From contig JBBQYG010000002.1 in the NCBI GenBank assembly GCA_038208905.1, positions 3,626-67,625 on the forward strand: a stretch of 64,000 bases of DNA. The letters run 5' to 3'. The position numbers and the translations under genes were made by a program. The stretch is from Candidatus Sumerlaeia bacterium. GTDB taxonomy: Bacteria; Sumerlaeota; Sumerlaeia; SLMS01. Position 1 is the stretch's first letter. Each line of letters begins with the position of its first letter. Positions 1 through 9,865 of this stretch are shown one piece after another. The notes under the pieces were generated by a model. It made no database searches and was not told the DNA's origin. It was given only the letters and a program-made list of their open reading frames with translations.

Positions 1-3000
1 TCCCCCGATGGCTGAACTCGTCCGCAAGAACGAGGAGTTGCCGTGGGCGATCCACCTCAAGGAAATCGCGCGCGCGCTCGCGCGGCAGGGGGGCCAGGTC
101 GCACTCACGCTCGCGTTCCTTCCATACGACGCCTACATGAGTGCCGACGCCATCGTTAGAACACTCGTGCGATTGCTGGTGACGAGGCGTCGCCTTCTCG
201 AATGGAAGACCGCGAGCGACGCGGAGCGCACCGCGCGCACGGATCTGGCGGGCTTCCTCGGCGCCATGTGGCTCCCGCCCTCCATCGCCATTGCATGCAC
301 TCTTTTGCTGGCGTGGCTACAGCCCCATCAGTTGTCGGCGTCGGCGCCGATCCTCGCGCTCTGGTTCGTCTCGCCATGGATCGCGTGGCGCATCAGCAAG
401 CCCATTCCGGCTATTACACAGGATATTTCCCCCTCGCAGATCGATCTGCTGCGCCGCACCGCGAGGAAGACGTGGTTCTTCTTCGAGACCTTCGTCGCCG
501 AGAAAGACAACTGGCTGCCGCCGGACAACTTCCAGGAGGACCCGCCAGTCGGCATCGCATCGCGGACGTCTCCAACCAACATGGGGCTGGCGTTGCTTGC
601 CAATCTGGCAGCCCGCGATCTGGGATATCTCCCCATCGGAAGACTCGTCAGCCGCACGCGCGAATCGCTGGCCACGATGGCGCGACTCGAAAAGCACCAC
701 GGTCATTTCTACAACTGGTACGACACCCGTTCCCTTCAGCCTCTTTTCCCACTCTATGTGTCGAGCGTCGATAGCGGCAACCTGGCGGGACACCTTCTCA
801 CGATGGGTTCCGGGCTTAGGGAGATGGTCGACGAGCCCGTGTTCCTCAATGAGTCGTATGCGGGGCTGCGGGACACGGTTGCTATCCTGCGCGGTCTTGG
901 CGGGGACGCGGGCGGGCTCGACGCGATGGAAGAGGCCCTGCGCAACACGCCCGATGGCCTGTCCGGCGACCTCGCCTCGATGAGGACGCTGTCATCGCAT
1001 GCGGCCGCCATCGAGGAGCCCCTTGAGCGGGGAAGCTCCGCCCGCGCATGGGCATCGGGATTGAGGAGGAACTGCGAGGAGTTCGCCGAGGAGATTCTTT
1101 TCTTCGCGCCGTGGCTCGGTTTTGCACATCAGATGGACGACCTGATCGCCGCGATCGGTGCCTCGCCATCGGGCTCCGACGAGGAAAGCGGCGAGTTCGT
1201 GGCCAAGCTCGCGTTGCTCGACCGGGTTGCGACTCTACGCGACGTCTCCCTGTTCGATCAGACATACTGCCTGCTGATCGAAGGCTACCTTGCCTCCCGC
1301 CCGGATGGTTTCCCCGATGAAGTGCGCTCGCGGCTGGAGATGCTCTGCGGCTCCCTCGCGGGCGCGAGCGGGCTGGCCCGGGAACGCATGACCTCGCTGG
1401 AATCGCTGGCCCAGCAATGCGACGACATGGCGGCGATGGACTTCGCCTTCCTCTACGATGCGAATCGCGACCTATTCACGATTGGCTACAACGTCTCCGA
1501 TCGGCGCCGCGACGCGAGCTACTACGATCTCCTCGCCTCCGAATCCCGACTATGCAGCTACGTCGCGATCGCGCTCGGCCAGATCCCCCAGGATCACTGG
1601 TTTTCTCTCGGCCGCCTGCTGGTGGCGTCCCACGGGCAGACCATCCTGATCTCCTGGAGCGGCTCGATGTTCGAGTACCTGATGCCGGGGCTCGTCATGC
1701 CGAGCTACGTGGACACGCTCCTTGATCGCACATCCCGCGTGGCGGTGAAGGAACAGATCGCGTACGGCAAATCGCGCGAAGTTCCCTGGGGAGTTTCCGA
1801 GTCCGGATACAACCGGACGGATACCAACCTCAACTACCAGTACCGCGCATTCGGGGTGCCTGGCCTGGGGCTGAAGCGTGGCCTTGCGGAGGACCTTGTA
1901 ATTGCTCCCTATGCGACGATGATGGCCCTCGTGGTGGCGCCGCGCGAAGCATGCGAAAACATGCAGCGCATGGTGGAGGCGGGGTTCGAGGGGCCCTATG
2001 GCTTCTACGAGGCGGTGGACTACACGCCGTCGCGACTGCCGCCCGACCAGGACTTCGCCATCGTGAAATCCTACATGGCGCATCATCAGGGGATGGCCCT
2101 GCTCGGGCTCGTCCACTTCCTCCGCGGAGCCCCGATGCAGCGGCGCTTCGCTTCGTGCCTCAAGCTGAGGGCCGCCGACCTCCTCCTGCAGGAGCGAGTG
2201 CCGCGCACGGACGCGAGCATCTTCTCCGGCGACCTTTTCGAGAAGGAGAAGGAACCCGCCCACCTGGCCGATGTCGAGTCCACGATGCGCGTCTTCACGA
2301 AGCCATCGGCGCCGGCCCCAGAGGTGCATCTGCTCTCGAATGGTCGCTACAATGTCGCCATCAGCAGCGCGGGCGGCGGCTATAGCCAGTGGCGCGGGCT
2401 TGATGTGACGCGCTGGCGAGAGGACTCCACGCGCGATTGCTGGGGAAGCTTCGTCTATCTGAGGGATGACGCATCGGGAGATGTCTGGTCGGTCGCCCTC
2501 CAGCCCACGCTTCGCGAGACAAAGAACTACGAGGCGATTTTCACCCAGGCCCGCGCGGAATTCCGCCATCGACACGACGGCTGGGACGTCCACACGGAGA
2601 TCTGCGTCTCACCCGAGGACGATGTCGAGCTGCGACGTATCACGCTAACAAATCGGACCCGCAGGCCGCGCTCGATAGAGCTTACCAGCTGTGCGGAGGT
2701 GGTACTCGCGCCTCGCTCGGCGGACGCCGCGCATCCTGCGTTCAGCGGACTGTTTGTCCAGACGGAGATACTGCCCAAGTCGTCGGCCATCCTATGCACG
2801 CGTCGCCCGCGTTCGCACGAGGAGAAGCCGCCGTATCTGCTCCACCTCATGTCCAGCCAGAAACCCTGCGAGGGCGGAACCTCGGCGGAGACCGACCGGG
2901 CGCGCTTTGTTGGGCGCGGCGGAACACTGGCCCACCCAGCGGCAATGCGTGAACCCGGCCCTCTATCCAACACGGCCGGCCCCGTGCTGGATCCTGTTGT

Positions 3001-6000
3001 TTCGCTGCGATGCGCGGTTTCCTGCGGAGCGAACGAGACCATTTCGATCGACATCGTTACGGGTGCAGCCGAGACGCGCGAAGCGGCCATGGCGCTGGTT
3101 GACAAGTACACGACGCCGCGCATGGCCGACAGGGCGTTCGAACTCGCGTGGACGCACAGCCAGGTCGTCCTTCGCCATCTGAATGCGACCGAGAGCGACG
3201 CGCAGCTCTATGGCCGCATGGCCAGCGCATTGATCTATGCGGACGGCGCGCGCCGCGCGGAGGCCGCCGTCCTCCGCGGCAACCGCCGGGGGCAGAGCAA
3301 CCTGTGGAGCTATGGCATCTCCGGCGACATCCCCATCGTCCTTCTGAGCGTTGGAAGCATCGACAACATGGCCATCGTTCGCCAGGCACTTCAGGCGCAC
3401 TCCTACTGGCGAATGAAGGGCTTGGCGGTGGAACTGGTAATCGTGAACGAGGACGAGTCGATCTATCGCCAGTCCCTCCACGATCACATCGTTGCCATGA
3501 TCGGCTCGGCGATCGAGGCACCCATGCTCGACAAGCCCGGCGGCATATTCGTCCGAAGGCTGGAGCAGATTCCCAGCGAGGACCGCATCCTGCTGCGGTC
3601 GGCGGCCCGGATTGTCCTTCACGATGGCGGCGGCGGTATCGCGGAGCAGTTCGAGGAGCGCGGCGATCTGGATTCACCGCCTCCGGCGCTTGTGCCTTCG
3701 CGGTCGGTGTTTCCAGAAGTTCCGGTGGCCCGGCCAAAGCGCGATCTCCTTTTCGACAACGGATATGGAGGCTTTACGAAGGACGGCCGAGAGTATGTGA
3801 TCGCCCTCGCACAGGGGCAGGCGACCCCCGCCCCTTGGATTAACGTCCTGGCCAACCCGCACTTTGGGGCCATCGTCTCCGAGAGCGGCTGTGGCTACAC
3901 ATGGGTCGAGAACTCCCACGAGTTCCGGCTTACCCCGTGGAGCAACGACCCCGTGCAGGACACTCCGGGGGAGGCGATCTACATCCGCGACGAGGAGACC
4001 GGTCGCTACTGGTCTCCCACGCCGCTACCCGCTGGGGATGGCGCCCCCTGCGTGGTTCGCCACGGCTTTGGATATACAGTCTTCGAACGCACCCAGAACG
4101 GGATCATGTCGGAGCTGTGGATGTACGTGGCGATCGACGCGCCGGTGAAGTTCGCGACTCTCAAGCTCACGAATGTCTCGGGGCGGTCGCGGTCGCTGTC
4201 GATCACCGGCTATTGCGAGTGGGTGCTGGGAGAGCTGAGGCAGAAAAACCTTCTCCACATCGTGACGGAGGTCGACCCCCGGACGGGCGTCCTCCTTGCG
4301 CGAAATCCCTACAACACGGCCTTCCCCGATCGCATCGCGTTCATGGACGTGGATGGCGCCTCGCGGAGCGTCACCGGAAGCCGCCGCGAGTTCCTTGGGC
4401 GCAACGGCACCTATGCCCACCCCGCCGCGATGCGGCGCACCCGGCTCTCCGGGCGGACGGGCGCCGGTCTCGATCCCTGTAGCGCCGTGCAGGTTCCCGT
4501 CGTGCTGGATGTCGAACAATCGGCGGAGGTCACGTTCCGCATCGGCGTGGGGCGCGGTCACGCGGATGTGCAGGAACTCGTCAAGCGCTACCGCCGCGCC
4601 GGCGCCTGCCGCACGGCGCTCGACGAAGTCCATCGCCACTGGCGCACCGTGCTGGGCGCCGTGACGGTGGAGACACCGGACCCATCCATCGACGCGCTCG
4701 TGAACGGTTGGCTCATGTACCAGACGATCGGATGCCGGATCTGGGGGAGAACTGGCTTCTATCAGTCTGGCGGCGCCTATGGATTCCGCGATCAGTTGCA
4801 GGACACGATGGCCTTGGTCCATGCCGCTCCCGACATTGCCCGCGACCACCTGCTCCGCGCCGCATCGCGTCAGTTTCGCGAAGGCGACGTGCAGCACTGG
4901 TGGCACCCGCCGACGGGCAACGGCGTCAGGACGCAATTCTCCGACGACTACCTGTGGCTTCCCTATGCAACGTGCAGGTATGTGACCGCCCTTGCGGATA
5001 CGGGGATTCTCGACGAGCGGATCTCTTTCCTGGAGGGGCGCCTCCTCAGTCCCGGCGAAGAAGCAAACTACGAGCTTCCGCAGCGCTCCGACGAATCGGC
5101 CACGCTCTACGAGCATTGCGTCCGCGCGATCAAGCGCGGCCTTGGACGCTTGGGGGAGCACGGTCTGCCGCTGATTGGATGCGGAGACTGGAACGACGGA
5201 ATGAACATGGTCGGCAAGGACGGCCGCGGAGAGAGCGTATGGCTGGCATTCTTCCTGTTCGATGTGCTGAAGCAGTTCGAGGTCCTTGCAACCGGACGCA
5301 GCGACGCGAACTTCGCGGCGGAGTGTTCCGCGGGCGCCGAGCTGCTGCGCGTGAATATCGAGGCCCACGCCTGGGACGGCGAATGGTATCGGCGCGCGTA
5401 CTTCGACAACGGCGAACCACTCGGCTCCCGAACGAATGAGGAATGCCAGATCGATTCACTCCCCCAAAGCTGGTCGGTGATCAGCGGAGCCGGCGATTCC
5501 GCGCGCGCAGAGATCGCCATGGAGGCGATGGACAAGCGCCTGATCCGCCGGGAAGATCGCATCGTGCAGCTCTTCGATCCGCCCTTCGACAAGTCGTCAC
5601 AGGATCCCGGCTACATCAAGGGATACATCCCCGGCGTCCGGGAGAACGGCGGGCAGTACACCCATGCGGCGATCTGGGCGGCAATGGCCTTTGCCAAGAT
5701 GGGTGACGGAACCCGCGCGTGGGAACTTCTTGATATCCTCAACCCCATTCGCAACGGAGACACCCCGGAGAAGATCGCCCGGTACCGCGTGGAGCCCTAT
5801 GTAATCGCCGCCGACATCTATGGCGTGGAACCCCACGTCGGGCGCGGCGGCTGGACGTGGTACACCGGGTCGGCGGGATGGATGTACCGACTGCTGGTGG
5901 AAACGCTGCTGGGTGTTAACCGCGAGGGACCGAACTTGCGCCTTCGCCCGATCATGCCGGCGGGTTGGAATTCCTTCACCGTGCGCTATGTGTACCGGGC

Positions 6001-6133
6001 CACGACTTACCGCATTCGCATTGAGCGATCCGCGAAGCCAGGCTTGATCGTGGACGGCAATCCGGTTTCCGGGGATATGGTCCCACTCTGGGACGACGGG
6101 AAGGATCACCAGGTGGAGATGACGGTCACGTGA
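1..6133 (+). CDS. Cyclic beta-1,2-glucan synthase (NdvB/ChvB/Cgs-like, GH94-containing), 5'-truncated by window edge; C-terminal ~2041 aa present
   Basis: Single 6.1-kb ORF in frame from position 8 to a stop at 6133, with no stop upstream to the window edge. Membrane-proximal region WLPPDNFQEDPPVGIASRTSPTNMGLALLANLAARDLGY, then GH94/cellobiose-phosphorylase-like stretches (YQYRAFGVPGLGLKRG, HQGMALLGLVHFL, GGWTWYTGSAGWMYRL) typical of NdvB-type synthases. Expected N-terminal GT domain and TM region lie outside the window. Confidence 0.65.
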   Translation, partial: PPMAELVRKNEELPWAIHLKEIARALARQGGQVALTLAFLPYDAYMSADAIVRTLVRLLVTRRRLLEWKTASDAERTARTDLAGFLGAMWLPPSIAIACTLLLAWLQPHQLSASAPILALWFVSPWIAWRISKPIPAITQDISPSQIDLLRRTARKTWFFFETFVAEKDNWLPPDNFQEDPPVGIASRTSPTNMGLALLANLAARDLGYLPIGRLVSRTRESLATMARLEKHHGHFYNWYDTRSLQPLFPLYVSSVDSGNLAGHLLTMGSGLREMVDEPVFLNESYAGLRDTVAILRGLGGDAGGLDAMEEALRNTPDGLSGDLASMRTLSSHAAAIEEPLERGSSARAWASGLRRNCEEFAEEILFFAPWLGFAHQMDDLIAAIGASPSGSDEESGEFVAKLALLDRVATLRDVSLFDQTYCLLIEGYLASRPDGFPDEVRSRLEMLCGSLAGASGLARERMTSLESLAQQCDDMAAMDFAFLYDANRDLFTIGYNVSDRRRDASYYDLLASESRLCSYVAIALGQIPQDHWFSLGRLLVASHGQTILISWSGSMFEYLMPGLVMPSYVDTLLDRTSRVAVKEQIAYGKSREVPWGVSESGYNRTDTNLNYQYRAFGVPGLGLKRGLAEDLVIAPYATMMALVVAPREACENMQRMVEAGFEGPYGFYEAVDYTPSRLPPDQDFAIVKSYMAHHQGMALLGLVHFLRGAPMQRRFASCLKLRAADLLLQERVPRTDASIFSGDLFEKEKEPAHLADVESTMRVFTKPSAPAPEVHLLSNGRYNVAISSAGGGYSQWRGLDVTRWREDSTRDCWGSFVYLRDDASGDVWSVALQPTLRETKNYEAIFTQARAEFRHRHDGWDVHTEICVSPEDDVELRRITLTNRTRRPRSIELTSCAEVVLAPRSADAAHPAFSGLFVQTEILPKSSAILCTRRPRSHEEKPPYLLHLMSSQKPCEGGTSAETDRARFVGRGGTLAHPAAMREPGPLSNTAGPVLDPVVSLRCAVSCGANETISIDIVTGAAETREAAMALVDKYTTPRMADRAFELAWTHSQVVLRHLNATESDAQLYGRMASALIYADGARRAEAAVLRGNRRGQSNLWSYGISGDIPIVLLSVGSIDNMAIVRQALQAHSYWRMKGLAVELVIVNEDESIYRQSLHDHIVAMIGSAIEAPMLDKPGGIFVRRLEQIPSEDRILLRSAARIVLHDGGGGIAEQFEERGDLDSPPPALVPSRSVFPEVPVARPKRDLLFDNGYGGFTKDGREYVIALAQGQATPAPWINVLANPHFGAIVSESGCGYTWVENSHEFRLTPWSNDPVQDTPGEAIYIRDEETGRYWSPTPLPAGDGAPCVVRHGFGYTVFERTQNGIMSELWMYVAIDAPVKFATLKLTNVSGRSRSLSITGYCEWVLGELRQKNLLHIVTEVDPRTGVLLARNPYNTAFPDRIAFMDVDGASRSVTGSRREFLGRNGTYAHPAAMRRTRLSGRTGAGLDPCSAVQVPVVLDVEQSAEVTFRIGVGRGHADVQELVKRYRRAGACRTALDEVHRHWRTVLGAVTVETPDPSIDALVNGWLMYQTIGCRIWGRTGFYQSGGAYGFRDQLQDTMALVHAAPDIARDHLLRAASRQFREGDVQHWWHPPTGNGVRTQFSDDYLWLPYATCRYVTALADTGILDERISFLEGRLLSPGEEANYELPQRSDESATLYEHCVRAIKRGLGRLGEHGLPLIGCGDWNDGMNMVGKDGRGESVWLAFFLFDVLKQFEVLATGRSDANFAAECSAGAELLRVNIEAHAWDGEWYRRAYFDNGEPLGSRTNEECQIDSLPQSWSVISGAGDSARAEIAMEAMDKRLIRREDRIVQLFDPPFDKSSQDPGYIKGYIPGVRENGGQYTHAAIWAAMAFAKMGDGTRAWELLDILNPIRNGDTPEKIARYRVEPYVIAADIYGVEPHVGRGGWTWYTGSAGWMYRLLVETLLGVNREGPNLRLRPIMPAGWNSFTVRYVYRATTYRIRIERSAKPGLIVDGNPVSGDMVPLWDDGKDHQVEMTVT

Positions 6134-6471
6134 CGGTCAGGGCATCACCGGCGACGTCGCCCTCGATGACGTCGCAACAACTCCCAACTGCCTTGCTGCA
6201 AAACACAATTCATCGTCCTTCACAGAAGAGTGCATTTCGCCCCCTCGCCTTGCGGGTCGCCTGTGGATTTCGCACGACGCGGCGACCAAAAGTGATCCCT
6301 CGCTCCGGTCGCGGAGAACCCAAAATCCACAAATGACAGTGAAAGGGGGGCTCGCGCCGATTCGCGCCCTTTTATATGCCCGATGGCACGCCGATTGATG
6401 AGAGTTTGGCAGAGAGAAGAAGGCCGCTGCAAACGCCCATCGTCTCCATCCCAATGCAGGAGCTTCCTACC

Positions 6472-6984
6472 ATGTCTCATCTCGGTTCCCTTCAGGACCT
6501 GTTCGTCGAACAGCTTCAGGACATCTACGACGCCGAAAACCAGCTGATCGAATCGATCCCCGCGATGGCCAGCGCCGCCCATGACCAAGACCTGCGCGAT
6601 GCCTTCACCCACCACCTGGACGAGACCCGCGAGCACTTGAATCGCCTCCGCGAAATCTTTCGCGGCCTTAGCCTTCCCGCGGAGCGGAAGCGCTGCAAGG
6701 CGATGGCCGGGCTCATCAAGGAGGCCGAGGAAGTCCTCACTGCCAGCGGTGATCGCGATGTTCTCGACGCTGCCCTGATTGCCGCCGCCCAGCGTATCGA
6801 GCACTACGAGATCGCCTCCTATGGCACCGTGCGCGCCTTCGCCAAGCGCTTGGACTACAGCGAGGCAGCCCGACTTCTGGACAAGACGCTGACCGAGGAA
6901 GGCAACGCGGACAAAAAGCTGACCAAGTTGGCGGAGGGCACGCTTCTCCAGCGCTCGATCAACAAGGAAGCCGCGAGCGCCTAG
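6472..6984 (+). CDS. Ferritin-like DUF892 (YciF/YciE family) stress protein
   Basis: ATG at 6472 preceded by AGGAGC. Sequence MSHLGSLQDLFVEQLQDIYDAENQL...HYEIASYGT matches the DUF892 family pattern. The six-frame ORF start at 6376 is likely an over-extension. Confidence 0.7.
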   Translation: MSHLGSLQDLFVEQLQDIYDAENQLIESIPAMASAAHDQDLRDAFTHHLDETREHLNRLREIFRGLSLPAERKRCKAMAGLIKEAEEVLTASGDRDVLDAALIAAAQRIEHYEIASYGTVRAFAKRLDYSEAARLLDKTLTEEGNADKKLTKLAEGTLLQRSINKEAASA

Positions 6985-7029
6985 AAGTCGCCTCCCTCAC
7001 CCTTAACCAATCCACAGAGGATCAAGCAC

Positions 7030-7305
7030 ATGAAAGCGAATAACACCGCGATGGAAGCCGAAGAGGTCCTGCACACCGGAGTACGCCGCCTTGCCGACAA
7101 CGCCGAGCACATGGCGGAAGTGGCAAACGAGAAGGTCAAGGAGTACACCGGCAAGGCCAAGGACCTGCTGCACGACGCCAATAACACGTCTCTGGCCGAT
7201 GTGGAGAAGAAGGTCGGTGGCTACATCCGCAAGTCCCCGGGCCGTTGTCTCCTGACGGCCGCCGCTGCGGGCCTCGTCCTCGGCTTCTTCCTCGCGCGCA
7301 AGTAG
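7030..7305 (+). CDS. DUF883 (ElaB/YqjD/YgaM-like) membrane-anchored stress protein
   Basis: 91 aa with coiled N-part (AEHMAEVANEKVKEYTGKAKDLLHDA) and C-terminal hydrophobic anchor (LLTAAAAGLVLGFFLARK). GAGGA RBS 8 nt upstream. Confidence 0.6.
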   Translation: MKANNTAMEAEEVLHTGVRRLADNAEHMAEVANEKVKEYTGKAKDLLHDANNTSLADVEKKVGGYIRKSPGRCLLTAAAAGLVLGFFLARK

Positions 7306-7544
7306 CCAGGATTCTTGACCTCACCCGGGGTGCCGCCCGCGAATCGAGGACACGCCATGGGATCCCATGCCCTCGATACGCCAGCGGCACCCCTTCCATC
7401 CATCTATCAATGCCCGGCGCGGGGGGCGAATCCCCTCGGCCGAGGACGGAGATACGAAGTGGACAAAAAAAGCTGGGATCAATGCGGCCCCCGACCGCAC
7501 GTTGATCACCACCCCGACCATTCTCAAGAACGAGGAATAATATC

Positions 7545-8066
7545 ATGGCTACCAACAAGCAGCAGGACAAGCAGGTTCACACAATGGCCGCGAATGAGGA
7601 TGCCCTGACGGACGCCCCCGGTACGCACCAGGCCGGAATTGGCGTTGGGGCCGCAGGCGGCGCCGTCGTGGGGGCCGCTATGGGCACGGGGGTCGCTGGG
7701 CCCCTCGGCGGCTTGGCCGGCGCAACGATCGGCGCCGTCGCCGGGGGCCTTTTTGGCAAGGGCGCGGCGGAAGCGTTCGACCCGACCCTCGAACTGGACT
7801 ACTGGCGCGATGCCTATGTCGAGCGCCCCTACTACGATTCGCAGTACACCTTCGACAGCTACGAGCCCGCCTATCGCTACGGCTGGGAATCCAAGTCCCG
7901 TATGATCGACAAGGACTGGGACGACGTTGAGGGCGACCTCGAACGCGACTGGTCCAAGGCGCGAGGCAACAGCAGCCTCTCCTGGGAAGGCGCCAAGGAG
8001 GCGGTTCGCGACGCCTGGGATCGCCTGACCGGGGACACCCCCACTCCGCCGCGCAAGCACCGGTAG
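7545..8066 (+). CDS. Glycine-zipper stress-associated protein (hypothetical)
   Basis: 173 aa; N-terminal Gly/Ala zipper (GIGVGAAGGAVVGAAMGTGVAGPLGGLAGATIGAVAGGLFG) followed by an acidic, Trp/Tyr-rich domain. Good RBS (AGGAATAA) upstream. Sits with the YciF-like and ElaB-like genes. Confidence 0.5.
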   Translation: MATNKQQDKQVHTMAANEDALTDAPGTHQAGIGVGAAGGAVVGAAMGTGVAGPLGGLAGATIGAVAGGLFGKGAAEAFDPTLELDYWRDAYVERPYYDSQYTFDSYEPAYRYGWESKSRMIDKDWDDVEGDLERDWSKARGNSSLSWEGAKEAVRDAWDRLTGDTPTPPRKHR

Positions 8067-8663
8067 TCGTCGGCCATCTCCCGGCGCCTGTCGTGCGGCC
8101 GAGGGTTCGAGCCTCGCCGAGAGGATCGTTCGGTTCTCGCCGAGAACAGCCACCAGCCACACAGGCGCCGGATTCACCCCGCCAGCCGCACCTCATCGCT
8201 AACTTTTGAGCCTCCAAGACTGAGCACCGCGGCGGTATAGCCACTGGTTTCTATACATCGGGAGCAGATGGCGGCGCCAGCGGTTGCAGGGCAGTCGAAC
8301 TTGACTTTCCATTGGTATAGGCGATGATGCGAATGTTCGGAGGCGGAACGGAAAATGCCTTCAGCTTCCGACGCTTGGTTGACGAATCAAAAGGCAGTCC
8401 GGTAGTGCCGGGCGGCTGGCTGACGAGTAGGCCTGCGAGATTTCGCACTTCTCAGTGACGAGCTCGAGACTTTATTCCCAACCACCGGATCGGATTATTC
8501 CATTGAGCGCCCCGATTTACTCACACTTCATTCTCTTCCTCGCTCCGAATCCCGACTTCCAATTCGCGCTTTCTGGCACATGGGGAGTGCTCGAAAGTGC
8601 GCTATTCCACGATGTTACTGTGCCCCTGTTCGCCAAGGATGCGGAGCGCTTGGGGATGCTGCT

Positions 8664-9863
8664 GTGAAAGCCATCGGCCCGCGAATCCTGACGATCAATG
8701 GCGGCTCCTCGAGCATCAAGTTTGCTCTTTTCGAAGCCGGTGATTCGCTCCCGCTCATTTTGAAGGGCGGCATTGATGGCATCGGATCGCCGGATGCCAC
8801 CCTGCGGGTGGAAGGATCTCACAGTTTCTCGCGGCTGATTTCGTCTCCCGGTCGCGCCGGGGCGGTGGAGGCCTTGATGGACTGGCTCGAAGAGTTCAAC
8901 GGAAGCGAGCCGTTCGACGCGGTGGGACATCGTGTAGTCCACGGTGGGCCAAGGTATTGGGAGCCACGGCGTATCAACGCCGAATTGATTGGCGAATTGC
9001 AGCGACTCAGCCCATTTGACGCCGACCATCTGCCGGAGGAAATCCGGCTGACTCAGGCGTTTCATCGCCGGTTTCCCGACCTCCCCCAGATCGCCTGCTT
9101 CGATACGGCCTTTCACCATGACCTGCCGCGCGTGGCGCAGTTGCTGCCCATCCCACGCCGATTCGAATCGCAGGGGGTGCGGCGCTATGGGTTCCACGGA
9201 TTGTCATACGAATTTCTCATGTTGGAACTCGCCCGCCTAGCGGGCGGGGATGCGGCGCATGGACGCATCATCCTCGCCCATCTCGGCAGCGGAGCGAGCC
9301 TGGCGGCGGTGCGAGACGGCGAGCCTGTGGACACCAGCATGAGCTTCACCCCGACGAGCGGAGTGCCGATGGGAACCCGTTCCGGAGACCTCGATCCGGG
9401 ACTCTTTTGGTATCTATCGCGCACCCAGAAGATGAGCCCCTGGCAGTTCCACGAGATGGTCGATTCCGGATCCGGGTTGCTTGGCATGTCGGAAACCAGC
9501 TCGGACATGCGCGATCTGCTCGCCTGCGAATCGCATGACGTGCGCGCAGCCGAGGCGGTCGCCCTGTTTTGCTATCAAATCAAGAAGTGGATCGGCGCGT
9601 ATGCGGCGGCGCTAGGCGGACTCGACACGCTGGTATTTGCCGGCGGAATCGGGGAGAACGCCCCCGTCATCCGTGCACGGATTTGCGAGGGGCTGGAGTT
9701 TCTTGGAGTCGAACTCGAAGAGGAATCAAATGCTACGGGCGTGCCCGTCATCTCCTCGGCGGTCAGCCGTGTTGTGGTGCGGGTTGTCCCGACAGATGAG
9801 CAGTGGATGATCGCAAACAAAGTGTGTCGGGTCTTGGAACTTGGTCAGAAACGGGAGGATTGA
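8664..9863 (+). CDS. ackA: Acetate kinase
   Basis: [17 protein letters not shown] (ATP-binding N-term), [64 protein letters not shown]. All are hallmark acetate/propionate kinase motifs. Probable GTG start at 8664 with GGGGA RBS; six-frame ORF begins earlier at 8580. Confidence 0.85.
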   Translation: MKAIGPRILTINGGSSSIKFALFEAGDSLPLILKGGIDGIGSPDATLRVEGSHSFSRLISSPGRAGAVEALMDWLEEFNGSEPFDAVGHRVVHGGPRYWEPRRINAELIGELQRLSPFDADHLPEEIRLTQAFHRRFPDLPQIACFDTAFHHDLPRVAQLLPIPRRFESQGVRRYGFHGLSYEFLMLELARLAGGDAAHGRIILAHLGSGASLAAVRDGEPVDTSMSFTPTSGVPMGTRSGDLDPGLFWYLSRTQKMSPWQFHEMVDSGSGLLGMSETSSDMRDLLACESHDVRAAEAVALFCYQIKKWIGAYAAALGGLDTLVFAGGIGENAPVIRARICEGLEFLGVELEEESNATGVPVISSAVSRVVVRVVPTDEQWMIANKVCRVLELGQKRED

Positions 9864-9865
9864 GC

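Noticed and set aside
1550-2593. 347-aa minus-strand ORF
   Set aside because: Antisense within the cyclic-glucan synthase gene.
6130-6375. Possible GC-rich hairpin (GGGGGCTCGCGCCGATTCGCGCCC + TTTTATATG) downstream of the glucan synthase gene
   Set aside because: The arms are largely a direct rather than inverted repeat, and pairing is imperfect. Not confident enough to call a terminator.
8041-8120. tRNA-like T-arm (CGAGG-GTTCGAG-CCTCG) with partial acceptor complement
   Set aside because: Only ~45 nt separate the putative acceptor 5' strand from the 3' strand, so there is no room for D- and anticodon arms. Likely a chance hairpin or terminator after the glycine-zipper gene.
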